Source: a virus (taxonomy: Duplodnaviria > Caudoviricetes). From it: DNA of 64,000 nucleotides. The notes under the pieces are model-generated. The model did not search any database and was not told the origin of the DNA. It saw only the letters and a list, made by a program, of their open reading frames with translations. Position 1 is the stretch's first letter; the number at the start of each line of letters is the position of its first letter. Made by a program: the position numbers and the translations under genes. The DNA is taken from IMG/VR virus record IMGVR_UViG_3300010163_000001, positions 190,593 to 254,592 of that record; one strand, 5' to 3'. Shown here in pieces: positions 60,911 through 64,000 of the stretch.

Positions 60911-61939
60911 TTATTTTAGTTTACTTTTCACATCTATAATATTGCTTAATGGTACACCATAATCCTTTTCATCATTATATTGATTTCTATGAATATAAAA
61001 ATGATCTACCCATTCCTGTAGATGTGGCTGTTTCTTTAACCAGATATTCCTTTGAAGCCAATCTGATTTATCTGCATCTGCGTAAATATGTAAGCGCAGA
61101 CCGGTATTAACACCTGTATGAATAAGGTGCTTCAATATGACTGTTCCACCAAACCCACATATCGCATAATAAAAATTATTTTCCTTTTCCTTCACAACAT
61201 TTTCCTTGATGGAAAGAATGTCAAAAGGTCCTTCTGCGATATGAATGTTCACATTATTTGTATATATGAGTGAAATTTTTGATGGTAATGAGAAAAATGA
61301 TGCACTATTCAAATTCCTCTCATTAATAATCACTTTGTAGTAACGATACTTGTTATTTCCTGTAATATCACGAAAAATGATTCGATTATTGTTACAGGAA
61401 AGAAATCCAATATAATCTTTGTTTAAGAGATATAACATCTCAGGAGTAACCCCTTCTAATATTTTATCCTTTCCGGGGGTTAATTCATTTCTGACAATAA
61501 AGTCAGAAAAACTAAGGATTATCTTATAATCAACTGCTTCTTGTATTGTTAATTGAAGCCCAAGTCTTTGATTTAGATAATCCAATTTCCGGTTAATCGT
61601 TTCACTTTCATTTGGTACTGATACGATAAATCTTTCATAATTATCATCAGAAATCTTTCGAAGTCTCATTGACTTCTTATTATAAGCTTTTAGCTTACTC
61701 ATCATGTCCCTATCTAAGAAGATATCAAGTTCTGACAAAACTGTCTCATCTACTAGTCCAGACACATTACACTTTAGACACCGATAAAGAATAATATCAT
61801 CTGATTCGGTGTCTATTTTTATAGATAAATGTGCATGATTAAGATTTCTTGAATCTCCACAATAGGGACATCTGGTGTAGTGTTGCTTACCATTCACACT
61901 AACATGGTAAGTTCCACGTTGTTTTAACTTCTCAATCAA
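60911..61939 (-). CDS. DNA primase (Zn finger plus TOPRIM)
   Basis: RCPYCGDS...H...CLKC, IAEGPFDILS, YADAD, KDYG. Confidence 0.88.
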   Translation of the reverse strand: MIEKLKQRGTYHVSVNGKQHYTRCPYCGDSRNLNHAHLSIKIDTESDDIILYRCLKCNVSGLVDETVLSELDIFLDRDMMSKLKAYNKKSMRLRKISDDNYERFIVSVPNESETINRKLDYLNQRLGLQLTIQEAVDYKIILSFSDFIVRNELTPGKDKILEGVTPEMLYLLNKDYIGFLSCNNNRIIFRDITGNNKYRYYKVIINERNLNSASFFSLPSKISLIYTNNVNIHIAEGPFDILSIKENVVKEKENNFYYAICGFGGTVILKHLIHTGVNTGLRLHIYADADKSDWLQRNIWLKKQPHLQEWVDHFYIHRNQYNDEKDYGVPLSNIIDVKSKLK

Positions 61940-61965
61940 TTCAAATTTAATATCCTGCTCTAATA

Positions 61966-62271
61966 TTATTTATCATCTCCTTTCTTTTCGAAATAAACAC
62001 AACTTAAAATATAACATGAACAGTTTTTATTACATTCAGGACAATCTGGATCGTCATAATTCAAACATCCCTTCGGAACTTGAGTTTCCGGTAGTCCTTT
62101 GTATTTGCAGTCACAACATATGCATCTTCTTGGTTTTATTTTCATACATGCGTCTTCATAAAATTCTTTTAAATCTTGAATATAATTGGTATAAGTTTCT
62201 GCATCTTGCTCACTTATTTCTTTATTTTTGACTGCATCAGCAAGGAAATTAATCTGGCCTTTCCTATTCAT
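61966..62271 (-). CDS. Cys-rich hypothetical protein
   Basis: CICCDC...CPECNKNCSC. Confidence 0.7.
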   Translation of the reverse strand: MNRKGQINFLADAVKNKEISEQDAETYTNYIQDLKEFYEDACMKIKPRRCICCDCKYKGLPETQVPKGCLNYDDPDCPECNKNCSCYILSCVYFEKKGDDK

Positions 62272-62887
62272 CTTGAGTCTCCCTTCTGTGTACTTTAAAT
62301 TTTCCGTCGTTATCTACTGTTATATCCATCATCCCAAACTTTATCGGTTCAGGAACAGTTTTTTCTTCATTTTGAACCCTTTCTGCATACTTTTTATTTA
62401 TACGGTTTTTTAACTCATCTGCTGTTAACTCTATCGTTGCAAACTTTACTGTTTCTGGGAGTTTAACAGGCACAGTTCCTTCATAAAGATCAAGTGTTGA
62501 ATCTTTATATTTCAGCACTTTTGATATTACTTCATCTCCTCCTGAAATTCTTTGCAGAAATTTGAATACATTTTCGTAATGTCCTTTTCGAATCTCCCCT
62601 TTCGCGCTTCGATACTGTTCCGTTGTAATGATGCCCCATATCAGCAGATCTGTTACAAGTTTTCGACAGAAAAATACATTTACTTCTTTCTGATTCGGCG
62701 GTCTTTTGACGTGTTTTAAACTCGGTATGAATGAATCGGTATAAGTAACAGGTTTATTTTCACTTTCTCTAAAATCATATATGAACTTTTGACATTCTTC
62801 TGAGACTTTTTTAGCTAATTCCAAAAGAATACTATCATTTAATAAATTACTATCCTTTTGCTTATTTGGTTCTTCTACATACGACAC
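62264..62887 (-). CDS. Hypothetical protein
   Basis: 207 aa, GTG start with GGAGG RBS. Confidence 0.7.
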   Translation of the reverse strand: MSYVEEPNKQKDSNLLNDSILLELAKKVSEECQKFIYDFRESENKPVTYTDSFIPSLKHVKRPPNQKEVNVFFCRKLVTDLLIWGIITTEQYRSAKGEIRKGHYENVFKFLQRISGGDEVISKVLKYKDSTLDLYEGTVPVKLPETVKFATIELTADELKNRINKKYAERVQNEEKTVPEPIKFGMMDITVDNDGKFKVHRRETQDE

Positions 62888-62900
62888 TTATCATTCCTCC

Positions 62901-63413
62901 TTATAAATAATTCATGCAATATCTACAACCTATTGTCCGACATAATTCACACGGAGCATCAATACGTTTTTCATCCTTTACATAATTATCAGGAAGTGAT
63001 GCCATCTTAAACCCGCAGATATTCTGATATGGATGAACTAAATGCTTACAATGATATTTATCCTTCTTATTACATTTCCAGCAATTCATGTCACAAGGCG
63101 GAATAAATACTACTTCTATTGAAAATGATGAATATTTCGGGATGGACATTGCGGCATGTTTAGCTATCCCTTTATGCCGGAGATCAGCAATGAAAGCATA
63201 TGCTTCCTTTTCCGTTTTAAAATGTGTCGGGTGTTCCGCTGAATGATTTGGTAAATTTAACATATAAGTATCTCGATCTGTTAAAAAATAACTGGATAAT
63301 ATATCCTCATTTCCATCAAAATCATCAGTCCTTTGGTATGCCAGATATCTCTTTTTTCCTCTTTCATTATAGATTACTAATGCAACAGCTCTTTGTTTCT
63401 TACTGCTTTCCAT
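62901..63413 (-). CDS. Hypothetical protein with Cys-rich C-terminus
   Basis: CDMNCWKC...PCELCRTIGCRYC; first gene after the early motif at 63471-63482. Confidence 0.7.
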   Translation of the reverse strand: MESSKKQRAVALVIYNERGKKRYLAYQRTDDFDGNEDILSSYFLTDRDTYMLNLPNHSAEHPTHFKTEKEAYAFIADLRHKGIAKHAAMSIPKYSSFSIEVVFIPPCDMNCWKCNKKDKYHCKHLVHPYQNICGFKMASLPDNYVKDEKRIDAPCELCRTIGCRYCMNYL

Positions 63414-63613
63414 AGCACTTTCTCCTTTCTTTTACATAAGAGTTATTTTTATAGTATCATTTTACTCATAAAAATAATATATCTTTAAAATCTGAATAAA
63501 AATAAACTACAAGTTATTAATATTCATCATTTACCGGAAATACAAGTAAGTGATGAATTAAGATTGATAACTATAATATAAAAAATGATTAGAATAAAAA
63601 GGAGGAAGTCGAA

Positions 63614-64000
63614 ATGGCATATTATAATGACATTGATTATGCTTTAGAACAGCAGAGTCGTGCATTAGACACAATGATGAATGAATATAGTTCATCTGAT
63701 GTTACAGATGCACTTGGAAAAGTACAGGAAACAGCATCTAGTATCTATGATCCGGATGTATGCGATCATCTGCTTGAAAAGCTTTCTATGGAGGAAGCTC
63801 GCTATAATTCTGCATTGGAACAGATGCGTGATGCAGCAGAAGCTTTCCAGTATACTGGAGATCGTGATGATATGGTAGCAGCAATGTATCCCGCTCAGGA
63901 GTCTATGAAGGAAATGTATCGGAATATCTGTGGATATAAGCCACAGGGAAATATTGATGATGGTACTGTAAGTACTGTAAGGGATTTCTTAGTAGGAAGT
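63614..64000 (+). CDS. Putative head protein (partial, runs off window end)
   Basis: Hand-translated MAYYNDIDYALEQQ...LSMEE...SALEQ; AGGAGG RBS; late promoter AACTataataTA at 63569-63580. Confidence 0.6.
   Translation, partial: MAYYNDIDYALEQQSRALDTMMNEYSSSDVTDALGKVQETASSIYDPDVCDHLLEKLSMEEARYNSALEQMRDAAEAFQYTGDRDDMVAAMYPAQESMKEMYRNICGYKPQGNIDDGTVSTVRDFLVGS

Noticed and set aside
1-64000. Stop-codon reassignment, tRNA genes, introns or inteins
   Set aside because: The standard code gives dense full-length genes with all three stops in use; no cloverleaf, intron or intein signatures were recognised by eye, though a dedicated scan was not run.

Overview
AT-rich (roughly 30% GC by eye), gene-dense window of a phiKZ/AR9(PBS1)-like jumbo phage genome. 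The host is probably a Clostridia/Lachnospiraceae-type firmicute (strong AGGAGG RBSs, a Lachnospiraceae-style SSB tail motif). Hallmarks: split family-B DNA polymerase subunit, DNA primase, GroEL-like chaperonin without an adjacent GroES, prohead protease plus several head proteins with A/S-x-E cleavage motifs, a probable split RNAP beta-prime fragment, baseplate/neck proteins, a 3947-aa giant protein and a PARG-family macrodomain. Two promoter classes are readable: early ATATATT(A/C)TT and late (A/T)AC(A/T)-N6-TA. Two systems stand out. (1) A tail-fibre shufflon at 25.2-33.0 kb: one promoter-bearing constant 5' half and four alternative C-terminal cassettes joined in frame at a GTATCTTA(GATACTATGATACT) site, with no recombinase in the window. 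(2) Three apparently non-coding arrays (21.3-21.9, 24.3-24.8, 46.15-46.27 kb) with a near-strict C every 5 nt and one extra C usually every 5-8 units. Each lies between the 3' end of a minus-strand gene and an intrinsic terminator. All function calls come from motif recognition by eye; no database searches were run.
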